A stretch of 64,000 nucleotides of DNA from a candidate division FCPU426 bacterium (GCA_963719085.1 CAVRAL010000004.1:416001-480000), one strand, 5' to 3'. Positions 36,939 to 46,979 are shown, counted from the stretch's first letter. The notes: generated by a model from the sequence alone, not told the origin. Program-made: numbers and translations.

Positions 36939-37547
36939 TTAGTGTTTTCCCTTGCCCCAAATGCCGTCCAGGTAGGAGTCCCGTCCGGAGGCCGCGTGGT
37001 ACATCTCGTAATGAACCGGATTCTTTTTGTAAAAGTCCTGGTGATAATCCTCGGCCGGGTAAAAATTAGTGAAGGCCTTCACCGGCGTCACGATGGGTTT
37101 GTCGTAAAGACCGGACTTGTCCAACACCGACTTGGATTGTTCCGCCTCCGCCTTTTGTTTGGGGTTTAGGGTAAAGATGACGGCCCGATATTGGGGTCCC
37201 CGGTCCACGAACTGGCCCTCGGCGTCCGTGGGATTAATCTGCTTCCAATAGACCCCCACGAGCTGTGAATAACTGATGGCGGCGGGATCGTAAAGAATTT
37301 CCACGGTTTCGGTAAAACCCCGGTCGGCGTAATCGTCATAGGTTGGATTTTCCCCTTGGCCGTCGGCGTACCCCGCGGTCACCTTAAGAACGCCCTTGAG
37401 TTTTTCAAAAGGCGGCGTCATGCACCAAAAGCATCCGCCGGCGAAATAGGCTTTCTGGGCCTTCACGGGAGCCGAATCTCCCCAAGCGAAAACCGCCGGG
37501 AACAAAGCTAAAACCAACCCCAAACACTTCAGCCAGGAACGCGTCAT
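36939..37547 (-). CDS. msrA: Exported peptide-methionine (S)-S-oxide reductase
   Basis: FAGGCFWC, GQFVDRGPQYR, FYPAEDYHQDFY; signal peptide. Confidence 0.95.
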   Translation of the reverse strand: MTRSWLKCLGLVLALFPAVFAWGDSAPVKAQKAYFAGGCFWCMTPPFEKLKGVLKVTAGYADGQGENPTYDDYADRGFTETVEILYDPAAISYSQLVGVYWKQINPTDAEGQFVDRGPQYRAVIFTLNPKQKAEAEQSKSVLDKSGLYDKPIVTPVKAFTNFYPAEDYHQDFYKKNPVHYEMYHAASGRDSYLDGIWGKGKH

Positions 37548-37608
37548 ATTTCCCTCCAAGGATTCGTCTGCCTTTATATACGAAGACTTTCAAAGAATAG
37601 TTGCCCCG

Positions 37609-37684
37609 CCAGCCTCGTTCCTCGGCAAAGCCGCGGGACGGCGCCACCAGCCTCGCTCCTCGGCATGGCCGCGGGACGGCGCCA
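37609..37684. repeat. Tandem duplication of a 38-bp hairpin-forming unit
   Basis: ccagcctcgttcctcggcaaagccgcgggacggcgcca + ccagcctcgctcctcggcatggccgcgggacggcgcca. Confidence 0.85.
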
Positions 37685-37773
37685 CCCCTTTTAACTCCTG
37701 TTGGGTGGGGTGGCTTGCATTCCCCGGCGGATTTCCGGTTAATGAAAGCATCTTATCCCCACTGGAGAAAAAA

Positions 37774-38568
37774 ATGAAAATTGACCTGACCGGCAAAAAA
37801 GCGATTATCAGCGGCTCCACGGCCGGCATCGGGTTCGCCATCGCCAAAGGCTTGGCCCAATCCGGCGCCTCGGTTGTGGTGAACGGCCGCACCGCCAAAA
37901 GAGTCGAAGAAGCCTTGGGCGAAATAAAATCCCAAGTGCCCCTCGCCAAAGCCCATGGGCTGGCGGCGGACCTGGGAACGGCCGAGGGCGCGGCCAAGCT
38001 CCTCCAAGAATTTCCCGAAGCGGATATTCTGGTGAACAACCTGGGGATCTTTGAGGCCAAAGGTTTTTTTGAGATTCCGGATGAAGATTGGGAAAGGTTT
38101 TTCCGCGCCAACGTCCTCAGCGGCGTGCGGCTGTCACGGGCCTACACGCCCGGTATGGTGAAAAAGGGCTGGGGCCGGGTGGTTTTTATTTCCAGTGAGT
38201 CGGCCCTCCAAATTCCCGCCGAGATGGTTCATTACGGCATGACCAAGACCGCCCAATTGGCCGTCTCCCGTGGTTTGGCCGAAACGGTCGCCGGAACCGG
38301 CGTGACGGTCAACTGCGTGCTGCCAGGTCCCACCCGGTCCGAAGGCGTGGAGGGTTTTGTGGAAGCATTGGGCCGGCAATCGGGTAAGAGCCCGGAGGAA
38401 ATTGAGAAGGATTTCTTTAAAAACATGCGTCCCAGTTCACTGATCCAGCGTTTTGCCACCGTTGAGGAAGTGGCGAATTTGGTGGTTTATGTTTGCTCCC
38501 AACAAGCCTCCGCCACGACGGGCGCGGCCCTGCGGGTGGATGGAGGCGTGGTGCGGTTCATCGCTTGA
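37774..38568 (+). CDS. SDR family oxidoreductase
   Basis: SGSTAGIG, LVNNLG, YGMTK, LRVDGG. Confidence 0.93.
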   Translation: MKIDLTGKKAIISGSTAGIGFAIAKGLAQSGASVVVNGRTAKRVEEALGEIKSQVPLAKAHGLAADLGTAEGAAKLLQEFPEADILVNNLGIFEAKGFFEIPDEDWERFFRANVLSGVRLSRAYTPGMVKKGWGRVVFISSESALQIPAEMVHYGMTKTAQLAVSRGLAETVAGTGVTVNCVLPGPTRSEGVEGFVEALGRQSGKSPEEIEKDFFKNMRPSSLIQRFATVEEVANLVVYVCSQQASATTGAALRVDGGVVRFIA

Positions 38569-38622
38569 GAATGAAAAAGGCTCCGGCGGCAAAGCGTGCC
38601 GGAGCCTTTTAAAACTCTTAGA

Positions 38623-38928
38623 TTAGCTCTTAGAAGCGGGCGCCGAAGGGGCCGGAGCCGACTGCGCCGGAGCGCCATAATAACCCGGCTGCCATCCACA
38701 GGCGCGGCCATGGAACAAATGGAAAAGCCCGAAAATCGCCAGGCCCAAAATGAGGACCTTCATAAAACCAAAACCCCAATAATGCCGGCCGCAATGGCCG
38801 TGGCCGCCCCAGCCCATGCCGCGATGGCCCCAACGGCCGAACTCTTCCTGCATGAGCTTTTTCTTGGTCTCAAACCTTAAGGTCTCCTCTTCAATGATGT
38901 ATTGCTTTTCTTCCTCGGTAATCGGCAT
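38623..38928 (-). CDS. Small Gly/His-rich single-TM protein
   Basis: AGGAG RBS, charged N-terminus, GHGH-rich segment, one TM. Confidence 0.7.
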   Translation of the reverse strand: MPITEEEKQYIIEEETLRFETKKKLMQEEFGRWGHRGMGWGGHGHCGRHYWGFGFMKVLILGLAIFGLFHLFHGRACGWQPGYYGAPAQSAPAPSAPASKS

Positions 38929-39010
38929 TTTGTTTCTCCTGAATAACCTTTATTTACATATTCGGGCGATGAATTCCCGACACCCCTACCTTAAGAACCT
39001 TTCTTACGGG

Positions 39011-39048
39011 AAGCTTTTCAGGGATGTGTCGGTTTGTAACAGTTTGTA
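39011..39048 (-). promoter_or_regulatory. Putative OmpR-family binding site/promoter, copy 1
   Basis: aagcttttc..tgt.tcggtttgtaacagtttgta, repeated at 39584-39621; minus strand reads TACAaactGTTACA. Confidence 0.7.
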
Positions 39049-39218
39049 GCCATCCTCATTGAAAAAAAATTAGATAAAAGGGATGGCGTAGTTCCGCCGA
39101 TTAGATTGGGCCACCAATCTGGCGGAACATAAACCCTTAGCCCTTCCAAACCTCGAAAAAAACCGCGGCCAGGGAAAAACCCAAGTAAAGAACAAGAATG
39201 AAAAAAAGGGTGCCAAGA

Positions 39219-39524
39219 TCATAACCTCACCAGTGTGATCGCGTCCTCGGGACAAACCGCGATACACAAACCACAGGCCTGGCATTGATCCGCCCGAACC
39301 GCGTAGGCGGTTTTTCGCCCGTGGGCCAGGCTCTTCAACCGCTCGAAGGGGTTTAAAGCGTCGAAATCATCCTTCGACATACGCCGAATCTCAAAAACAT
39401 CATTTGGACAAACCTGCAGGCAGGTCTGCTTACCCTCGCAGCGGGCCCGATTCACCACGGGTTTAAAAGCACCCGGCTCCTCGGGGCAAGCCGGTGAGAA
39501 AGACTTAAAGGGGGACGCGTTCAC
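39219..39524 (-). CDS. 4Fe-4S dicluster ferredoxin-like protein
   Basis: CEGKQTCLQVCP and CQACGLCIAVCP. Confidence 0.9.
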   Translation of the reverse strand: MNASPFKSFSPACPEEPGAFKPVVNRARCEGKQTCLQVCPNDVFEIRRMSKDDFDALNPFERLKSLAHGRKTAYAVRADQCQACGLCIAVCPEDAITLVRL

Positions 39525-39583
39525 GTTTTTTTCCTTTCATCAGGCGATATCGTCCGCTTCTATATAGAGGCAAAGGGCCCCGC

Positions 39584-39621
39584 AAGCTTTTCCACGTTGT
39601 TTCGGTTTGTAACAGTTTGTA
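39584..39621 (-). promoter_or_regulatory. Putative OmpR-family binding site/promoter, copy 2
   Basis: 20-bp identity with 39029-39048 plus shared aagcttttc; lies between the divergent ferredoxin and response-regulator genes. Confidence 0.7.
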
Positions 39622-39663
39622 ACGCTTGGCGTTCGGGCGGGCCTCCCGTGTTAAAATCAGCCC

Positions 39664-40374
39664 ATGAATTCCAAAAAACAAATCCTGATCATCGACGACG
39701 ATCAGAAACTCAACGAGCTTTTAAAAAGCTATCTGGCCAAATTCGACATGACCGTGACCGCCGCCACCCGTTCCGAAGAGGGTCTTTTATGGCTCAAACG
39801 CTCCAGCCCCCATCTGGTGATTTTGGACGTCATGCTGCCCGGCCAGGACGGTTTTTCCGTCTGCAAAGAAATTAGAAAATCCTCGAAGGTGCCGGTCATT
39901 ATGCTGACCGCCCGGGGCGACGTGACCGACCGGGTCGTGGGGTTGGAACTGGGCGCGGACGATTATCTGCCCAAACCTTTTGAGCCCCGGGAATTGGTGG
40001 CCCGCATCGAAAGTGTTTTAAGACGTCTGGCGCCCAAAGAGCCTGCCTCGGGCCAGGTGCTCAAATGCGAATCCCTCACCCTGGATACGGGAAAACGGCT
40101 GGCGCTCTTAAAAGGAAAAGACCTGGGACTGACCACCACCGAGTTTGAGACCCTGGCCTTTTTCATGAAAAATCCCGGGGCGGTTTTGAACCGGGACCAG
40201 ATCATGGAATATTTAAAGGGCATCGAATGCGAGGCCTTCAACCGGTCCGTCGATATCGCCATGAGCCGCCTGCGCAAAAAACTCGGCGATTCCGCGGAGA
40301 AACCCAAATATTTCAAAACCATCTGGGGTACGGGCTACCTCTTTATCGGCAAGGTGGCGACCCATGAATCCTAA
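39664..40374 (+). CDS. OmpR-family response regulator
   Basis: IIDDD, LDVMLP, MLTA, GADDYLPKPF, winged helix RSVD..RLRKK..TIWGTGY. Confidence 0.96.
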   Translation: MNSKKQILIIDDDQKLNELLKSYLAKFDMTVTAATRSEEGLLWLKRSSPHLVILDVMLPGQDGFSVCKEIRKSSKVPVIMLTARGDVTDRVVGLELGADDYLPKPFEPRELVARIESVLRRLAPKEPASGQVLKCESLTLDTGKRLALLKGKDLGLTTTEFETLAFFMKNPGAVLNRDQIMEYLKGIECEAFNRSVDIAMSRLRKKLGDSAEKPKYFKTIWGTGYLFIGKVATHES

Positions 40375-41476
40375 AAAACTCCACGGACCTTCCCAGCCGC
40401 CCCCGCCGGACGACCGGCCCTTTTGGGCCAGGCGCCCTTGGAGCGAGCGCCATTCCCACGGCCATTGGAATCATGAGGCTTGGGACCATTACCGGCACCC
40501 GCGTTGGCGCCACGGCCACGGCCCCGGTTTTTTCATGAAGGTTTTCATGTTTTTTTTCGTGCTCTGCCTGACCCTGCTGATCACCTTTTGCTCCAGCGAG
40601 GGATTCAGCTGGAAGCATCTGTTCCACCTTCTGGGCTGGATCCTGCTCATCCAATTTTTAGCCTTCATGGGACTGCGGCGTATGTTCGGCCCCTTGCGCT
40701 ACTTGATGCGGGGGGTTTTGGAAATTTCCGAGGGAAATCTGGCTTTCCGTTTCCCACCCAAGGGCCGCGGCGAATTTGATTTTTTGGCCTATAACTTCAA
40801 CCGTATGGCCGACCGAATCCAGGAAATGATTCGATCCAAGGAACAGCTTTTGCTGGATGTCAGCCACGAGCTGAGAAGCCCCTTGACCCGCCTCAAACTG
40901 GCCTTGGAAATGACGCCGCCCGGCGAGATGAAGGAAGCCATGGGCCGGGATATCGTCGAGATGGAGACCATGCTGACGGAGATTTTGGAAACCCAGCATT
41001 TGAGGAGCGCCCATGGCAAGCTTCAACTGAAAACCTTGGACCTGGCCGCGGTCATGCGCGAAATAACTGAAAAATATAAAGACCGCCCGCCGGGCCTTTC
41101 TTTTTCCCCCGGCTCAAAAATTTCCGCCCTTGTCCAGGCCGATGAGGCCCGAGTCCAAACCGTTTTCCAAAATGTTTTGGAAAACGCGTTGAAATATTCG
41201 GCCCACCAAACAAGACCCGTTGACATCTCGATCAAAGCCCTTCCGGGTTTTATGGAAGTCCGGGTCAAAGACTTCGGCGTTGGAATCCCGAAAGAAGACC
41301 AAGAAAAGGTTTTCGAGCCTTTTTACCGCGTGGATAAATCCCGCACCAAGGAAACCGGCGGCTATGGTTTGGGTTTAAGCCTTTGCCGGGAAATCATGAG
41401 GGCTCACGGCGGCGAAATCACGATTGAGGGCGCGCCCGAACCGGGCACCCAAGTCATCCTTAAATTCCCCCAATAA
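40364..41476 (+). CDS. HAMP-HisKA-HATPase sensor histidine kinase
   Basis: Two TM helices, HAMP, VSHELRSPLTRL, NALKY, D.G.GI, GGYGLGL. Confidence 0.96.
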   Translation: MNPKKLHGPSQPPPPDDRPFWARRPWSERHSHGHWNHEAWDHYRHPRWRHGHGPGFFMKVFMFFFVLCLTLLITFCSSEGFSWKHLFHLLGWILLIQFLAFMGLRRMFGPLRYLMRGVLEISEGNLAFRFPPKGRGEFDFLAYNFNRMADRIQEMIRSKEQLLLDVSHELRSPLTRLKLALEMTPPGEMKEAMGRDIVEMETMLTEILETQHLRSAHGKLQLKTLDLAAVMREITEKYKDRPPGLSFSPGSKISALVQADEARVQTVFQNVLENALKYSAHQTRPVDISIKALPGFMEVRVKDFGVGIPKEDQEKVFEPFYRVDKSRTKETGGYGLGLSLCREIMRAHGGEITIEGAPEPGTQVILKFPQ

Positions 41477-41624
41477 AAACCACCTCGACGTCTTCAAGCG
41501 CGAAAAGTTACAAAAATATTATTTTATTTTTGGGCGGTGAGATTCAATTTCGCTACGGGCTGGATTTTTCAATCCTCCCGGCGCCTAATAGAATCCAAGT
41601 CTTGAACCTTGAAGGAGAAATGAA

Positions 41625-42302
41625 ATGATTAAAAAATCAATCGGCTTTTTAAAAATCGCAGCCCTCGCGCTCGGCCTGGGCGGCTTGGCCCCCTCGCTTT
41701 GGGCGCAAGCCACGCCTACGGCGGCGGCGATCACTCCCGTCGCAACTCCTGGGGCGGCCCCCATCGCCACTTCCAGTGTCGCCGGGCCATCCCCTGTAAC
41801 AACTCCTGGGGCGGATGGTACCATCTACGGTTTCGAAGCCGACTCACTACAGGGCAAACCGGTCACGCTTTCCCAATATCAAGGCAAGGTTTTGCTCATC
41901 GTCAACGTGGCCAGCAAATGCGGCTTTACACCCCAGTACAAGGGACTGGAAGCGCTTTATGAAAAATATAAGGACAAGGGATTCGTGATCCTGGGTTTTC
42001 CCTGCAACCAATTCGCCAGCCAAGAACCCGGCACCGCCGCCCAGATCGCGACTTTTTGCAAAGCCAATTACGGCGTGACCTTTCCGATGTTCGCCAAGAT
42101 CGAGGTCAACGGGCCCAACGCCTTCCCGCTTTACCAGTTCCTTAAAAAAGCCGAGCTGGATCCGGCCGGCAAAACCGAGATAGGCTGGAACTTTAATAAG
42201 TTTCTCATCGACCGCCAGGGGCATCCCCTGCACCGCTACGTATCCCAGGTCAAGCCCGAGGACATCGACGCGGATATTGATAAGTTGACGACCACCCACT
42301 AA
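41625..42302 (+). CDS. Exported Cys-type glutathione peroxidase with P/T linker
   Basis: NVASKCGFT, LGFPCNQF, WNFNKFL. Confidence 0.95.
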   Translation: MIKKSIGFLKIAALALGLGGLAPSLWAQATPTAAAITPVATPGAAPIATSSVAGPSPVTTPGADGTIYGFEADSLQGKPVTLSQYQGKVLLIVNVASKCGFTPQYKGLEALYEKYKDKGFVILGFPCNQFASQEPGTAAQIATFCKANYGVTFPMFAKIEVNGPNAFPLYQFLKKAELDPAGKTEIGWNFNKFLIDRQGHPLHRYVSQVKPEDIDADIDKLTTTH

Positions 42303-42333
42303 GAATAAAATGGCGTCAGCCTTTATTTATGGG

Positions 42334-42366
42334 AATCCCCTTTCTCCAACGGAAGGGGATTTTTTT
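42334..42366 (+). terminator. Intrinsic terminator
   Basis: aatccccttt...gaaggggat followed by a T-run. Confidence 0.7.
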
Positions 42367-42712
42367 ATTTGAACCAAAGAAGTGGACAAATTCATTTTAA
42401 GTTCAGTCCCTTCTTCCGACCCCTTCCGGACGGCTTTGAGCCCCCGCCCATTCCCCCAAACAGCCCTAGTTGATTCCCGTTTTCAAAACCCGCCTACAAA
42501 TTCGTCCGTTTCACGCCCCGCGGCGTAAAAAAACCGCTTAAATCTCGGATTCAAAATGAAACTTTTGACCTTTTGAATTATCATTTGAAATTCTAAACAG
42601 CGGCTTAAATCTTCTTTAAATCCCGGGAAATTTTCCCTTGAAGTGGCCCTTTCACGGGAATAGTCTGTTGCCTTCGTAGGGCGACATATCTTCCAACCAG
42701 GAATTCACTGCC

Positions 42713-43678
42713 ATGAACCAAGACGTCATTTTTAATTCGAACGTTGCGACCATCCCCGTCTTCCAGCCGCTGGCCGCCCAACCCGCCGCCATCTCGCACC
42801 TGTTCATTACGGTGTTGTGGATTTGCGCGGGCATCATGGTGGTGGTTTGCGCCATGGTCTTTGGGGCCTTGATCAAGTACCGGCACAAACCGGGCGACCC
42901 GGAGCCCAAGCCTTATTTCGGAAACCACACGGTGGAAATCATTTGGACCGTGGTTCCCAGCATCATTGTTCTCTGGCTGGTATGGCTGACCATCGACGGC
43001 ATGGGCGCCTATTACCCCGACCTTTCCAAAAAAGACCAAGCGGATATCACTGTGATAGGCCACCAATGGTGGTGGGAAGCCCACTATAAAGAAGGCGTGG
43101 TGGTGGCAAATGAACTGCACATCCCCACCGGCAAAAAACTTTACGTCTTCCTGGACTCCGCGGACGTCATCCACAACTTCTGGGTTCCCCAATTGGCCCG
43201 CAAACTGGACGCCATCCCTAACTTTCCAAACGCCATCTATATGGAAGCGCAAAAACCCGGAACCTACCTGGGGGCCTGCGACGAGTATTGCGGACTCCAA
43301 CACGCCTGGATGCGCTTTTTGGTCATCGCCCAGACTCCGGACGATTACGCCGCTTGGGTGAAGGCCCAGAACACCCCGGCCTCAAGCCACCTATCGGCGG
43401 CCGCGGCCAAGGGATCCCAGGTGTTTCATGACATGACCTGCACCAATTGCCACGCCATCAACAACGTGCCTTCGCTTTATCCCCAGACCGCTCCCGACCT
43501 GACCCACGTGGCCAGCCGGCAGACCCTGGGCGGCTGTATCATTTCGAATACCCCCGACAACCTGGCCCGCTGGTTACACGACCCGCAGGCCATCAAGTCC
43601 GGCTGCCGCATGCCGAACCTGAAACTCAGCGATGATCAAGTTGCGGACTTAGTCAATTACCTGGAGACATTACAATGA
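42713..43678 (+). CDS. coxB: Cytochrome c oxidase subunit II with C-terminal cytochrome c (caa3 type)
   Basis: EIIWT, HQWWW, DVIHNFW, CDEYCGLQHAWM (CuA), CTNCH. Confidence 0.96.
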   Translation: MNQDVIFNSNVATIPVFQPLAAQPAAISHLFITVLWICAGIMVVVCAMVFGALIKYRHKPGDPEPKPYFGNHTVEIIWTVVPSIIVLWLVWLTIDGMGAYYPDLSKKDQADITVIGHQWWWEAHYKEGVVVANELHIPTGKKLYVFLDSADVIHNFWVPQLARKLDAIPNFPNAIYMEAQKPGTYLGACDEYCGLQHAWMRFLVIAQTPDDYAAWVKAQNTPASSHLSAAAAKGSQVFHDMTCTNCHAINNVPSLYPQTAPDLTHVASRQTLGGCIISNTPDNLARWLHDPQAIKSGCRMPNLKLSDDQVADLVNYLETLQ

Positions 43679-45906
43679 GCCAAACAGCCGAAGCCGTCAT
43701 CACGGACCACGCGTCCGAGCATCACGACCACGAGGGTTTGTGGAGTTGGATCGCCACGGTCGACCACAAACGCATCGGCCTTTTATACCTGGGCACGGCG
43801 CTCTTCTTTCTTTTAACCGGCGGCATCGAGGCCTTGATGATGCGCATCCAACTGATGCGCCCCAACAATGACTTCATCTCGCCCGAACTTTTCAACCAGC
43901 TCTTCACCATGCACGGCACCACCATGATCTTCATGGTCGTCATGCCCACCCTGATCGGATTCGCCAACTATTTCGTGCCGCTGTTGATCGGTGCGCGCGA
44001 TATGGCTTACCCGCGCTTGAACGCCATGGCTTACTGGTTCCTGCCCTTCGGCGGGCTCTTGATGCACTTCAGCTGGTTGGCCGGCGGCGCGCCCTCGGCG
44101 GGCTGGTTTTCTTACGCGCCCTTGAGCGAAACCCCGTTCAACTCCACCCACGGCGTGGACTACTGGGCCCTGGGGCTTTTCGTGATGGGGATTGGGTCTA
44201 TCTCCACTTCCATCAACATCATCGCCACCATCGTGGCCTGCCGCCCGCCGGGCATGACGCTTTTCCGCATGCCTTTGTTCGTTTGGATGACCCTGGTCAA
44301 CTCGTTCCTGATCACCCTGGCCATGCCCATCTTGAACTCGTCGCTGGTCATGCTTTTCGTGGACCGCCTCTTCGCCGCCCACTTCTTTTTACCCGAACAC
44401 GGCGGCTCCGCCGTCATTTGGCAGCACTTTTTCTGGGCTTTCGGCCATCCGGAGGTCTACATCCTGGTGCTTCCGGCCTTCGGCATGGTGTCCGAAGTCA
44501 TCCCGGTTTTCGCCCGCCGCCCGATCTTTGGATACGGCACCATGGTGGGCTCGGTCATCACCATCGCGGTGTTAAGCTTCGGCGTCTGGGCCCACCACAT
44601 GTTCACCGTCGGTTTGGGCAATGCGGCCGACGCCTTCTTCGCCGCTTCCACCATGCTGATCGCGGTGCCGACCGGCATCAAGATTTTCAACTGGTCCGCC
44701 ACCCTTTGGGGCGGCTCGATCAAGCTCAATACCGCCATGCTTTTCTGTATGGCCTTTCTGATCGAGTTCACCATCGGGGGCTTATCCGGCATCACCTTCG
44801 CGGTGGTTCCCATCGACTGGCAGATGAACGCCAGCTACTACCTGGTCGCCCATTTCCACTATGTCATCTTCGGCGGAACTTATTTCGCCATGATGGCCGG
44901 CATCTACTACTGGTTCCCGAAAATGACCGGACGCATCCTGTCTGAATCTTTGGGCAAATGGCATTTCTGGGCCACGGTCATCGGCTTCAACATGACCTTC
45001 TTCGTCCAGCATTTCTTGGGCTTCATGGGAATGCCGCGCCGGGTTTACACCTATCCCGACCTTCCGGGCTGGGCCACCTTGAACCTGATCTCCACGATCG
45101 GCGCCTTTATCCTGGGCACCTCGGCCTTCCTGCTGGTGTGGAACGTCATCATGACGTCCCGCCGGCCGGCCAACGCGGGCAACAACCCCTGGAACGCTTG
45201 GACGCTGGAATGGATGACCACCTCACCGCCGCCGGAGCACAACTTTGATTACATCCCGCCGGTCCACGGCCGCCGTCCGCTTTGGGATTTGGAACATCCG
45301 GAACTTCCGGACGATCCGAAAGCCCAATCTGAACCCTTCTGGGATCCGGTCTTCGACAAGTTCAAGGTCGGCATGGCTTGCTTCATCGCCTCCGAATCGT
45401 TCTTCTTCCTGATGCTGGTCATCGGCTTCGTGTTCTACAACACGTCGTTGCACATGGGCGCCTTCAACGCCCATACCCTGGACGTGCCCAAGAGCAGTAT
45501 CTTCACGGTGGCCCTTTTGGGAAGCAGCGTGACCCTGCACATCGCCGAGCACTATATGGAAGCCAAGCGGCGGGCCGCCTTCCTGGGTTGGTTCATCTTC
45601 ACTATCGCGCTGGGGCTGGTCTTTTTGATCGGACAGGGCGGTGAGTATTACCACCTGTTCACCACCGGCGTTACTTTGAACGCCAATTTGTTTTCGAGCA
45701 GCTTCTTCATCCTGACCGGCTTCCACGGATTCCACGTCTTCGTGGGGCTGGTGCTGCTGTTGATCGTGCTGATCTTCGCCTTCGTCGGGGACTACAATTC
45801 CGGCAAGGGTGAGATCGTGAAGACGATCGGCTGGTACTGGCATTTCGTCGACGCGGTTTGGATTGTGGTGTTTTCAACCGTTTACTTGATAGGACCGCAC
45901 TTATGA
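43675..45906 (+). CDS. coxA: Cytochrome c oxidase subunit I fused to a subunit III-like domain (A1 type)
   Basis: TVDHKRIG, TMHG, FGHPEVY, WAHH, AHFH, GMPRR; C-terminal FIASE, LTGFHGFHV, YWHFVDAVW. Confidence 0.96.
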   Translation: MSQTAEAVITDHASEHHDHEGLWSWIATVDHKRIGLLYLGTALFFLLTGGIEALMMRIQLMRPNNDFISPELFNQLFTMHGTTMIFMVVMPTLIGFANYFVPLLIGARDMAYPRLNAMAYWFLPFGGLLMHFSWLAGGAPSAGWFSYAPLSETPFNSTHGVDYWALGLFVMGIGSISTSINIIATIVACRPPGMTLFRMPLFVWMTLVNSFLITLAMPILNSSLVMLFVDRLFAAHFFLPEHGGSAVIWQHFFWAFGHPEVYILVLPAFGMVSEVIPVFARRPIFGYGTMVGSVITIAVLSFGVWAHHMFTVGLGNAADAFFAASTMLIAVPTGIKIFNWSATLWGGSIKLNTAMLFCMAFLIEFTIGGLSGITFAVVPIDWQMNASYYLVAHFHYVIFGGTYFAMMAGIYYWFPKMTGRILSESLGKWHFWATVIGFNMTFFVQHFLGFMGMPRRVYTYPDLPGWATLNLISTIGAFILGTSAFLLVWNVIMTSRRPANAGNNPWNAWTLEWMTTSPPPEHNFDYIPPVHGRRPLWDLEHPELPDDPKAQSEPFWDPVFDKFKVGMACFIASESFFFLMLVIGFVFYNTSLHMGAFNAHTLDVPKSSIFTVALLGSSVTLHIAEHYMEAKRRAAFLGWFIFTIALGLVFLIGQGGEYYHLFTTGVTLNANLFSSSFFILTGFHGFHVFVGLVLLLIVLIFAFVGDYNSGKGEIVKTIGWYWHFVDAVWIVVFSTVYLIGPHL

Positions 45907-46736
45907 CAACACAAGCTTTCTTGCAGTCAGCCTGGAACTGGACGCCCGCGATTTTGCTCGCCGTCGCTTTGACGGGAGCTTATTTGGCGGCCCTCCGGTT
46001 TAAACTTTCCGCCCGCAGCCTTTATTTCTTTTCGGGGCTGGCCTTGTTGACGCTGGCCTTGGCCTCGCCCCTGAACGCGTTGGCGGAAGGTTATCTCTTC
46101 AGCGCCCACATGTTTCAGCACATGCTGCTACTGATGATCATTCCCCTGCTGTTTCTTTTGGGCATGCCGCCCGCGGCCAAGGGAACCAGCTCCGGCCATA
46201 CCGGCGGCCTCTATCCGGCGCTGAACTGGATCGCCGGGATCGGCACCATGTGGTTTTGGCATGTGCCGATGTTTTGCAACGCGGCCGTCGCGAATCCGGA
46301 AGTCCGGGGCCTGCAGATCGCCTCGCTTTTAGCCATGGGCATCTTGTTCTGGACCCCCATTATCGGCTCCAAACTCGGCCAAAAGCTCACCCCCTGGTCC
46401 GGCATCGCCTATCTCTTTAGCGCCTGCATGGGCTGTGTACTGCTGGGGATCGGTTTGACCTTCGCCCCCGTAAACGTGTGTTCCACCTTCATTGATCCGG
46501 TGGACAAGCTGGGCATCCTTTCCACAATCCGCGGCCAATGGGGAATGTCGCCCCGGTTGGATCAACAGATCGGCGGGCTCTTTATGTGGGTCCCTTCCTG
46601 CCTGGTTTACTTGGTCGGCATCCTGGGCTTACTGGGCCGGGGATTCCGTGAAGACGCCGTGCTTGAAACCGTCGATTCCCAGCCGCGTCCGGCCGGGAAG
46701 GCTTTGCCGTTAGTCGCCCATTCCAAGACGAAATAG
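45903..46736 (+). CDS. ctaG: caa3-type cytochrome c oxidase assembly factor (CtaG_caa3)
   Basis: ASPL..LFSAHMFQH, WFWHVP, DQQIGGLFMWVP. Confidence 0.9.
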   Translation: MTTQAFLQSAWNWTPAILLAVALTGAYLAALRFKLSARSLYFFSGLALLTLALASPLNALAEGYLFSAHMFQHMLLLMIIPLLFLLGMPPAAKGTSSGHTGGLYPALNWIAGIGTMWFWHVPMFCNAAVANPEVRGLQIASLLAMGILFWTPIIGSKLGQKLTPWSGIAYLFSACMGCVLLGIGLTFAPVNVCSTFIDPVDKLGILSTIRGQWGMSPRLDQQIGGLFMWVPSCLVYLVGILGLLGRGFREDAVLETVDSQPRPAGKALPLVAHSKTK

Positions 46737-46745
46737 GAAAACACC

Positions 46746-46979
46746 ATGTCGAACGAAACGCATGAGCATAACGCGCCACCCCGCCCCGCGGGCTGGAACG
46801 ATCCCAAACCCCTGAAGCTGCCGCCCCCGACGATTTGGCCCATCGCCTTGGCCCTCGCCGTGGTGGCCATGGCTTGGGGCGCCGTGACGTCCTACGTCAT
46901 CACCTTGTTTGGTTTGTTGGGCTTTATTGTTTCCATCATTGGTTGGATTGGAGAACTTCGTCATGACCGCAAAAACTAA
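46746..46979 (+). CDS. Small 2-TM oxidase accessory subunit (subunit IV-like)
   Basis: LPPPTIWP..TM..GWIGELRH, within the operon. Confidence 0.7.
   Translation: MSNETHEHNAPPRPAGWNDPKPLKLPPPTIWPIALALAVVAMAWGAVTSYVITLFGLLGFIVSIIGWIGELRHDRKN

Noticed and set aside
37609..37684. CRISPR array
   Set aside because: Only two abutting units with no spacer, and no cas genes in the window.
41625..42302. Selenocysteine glutathione peroxidase
   Set aside because: The active-site codon is TGC (Cys).
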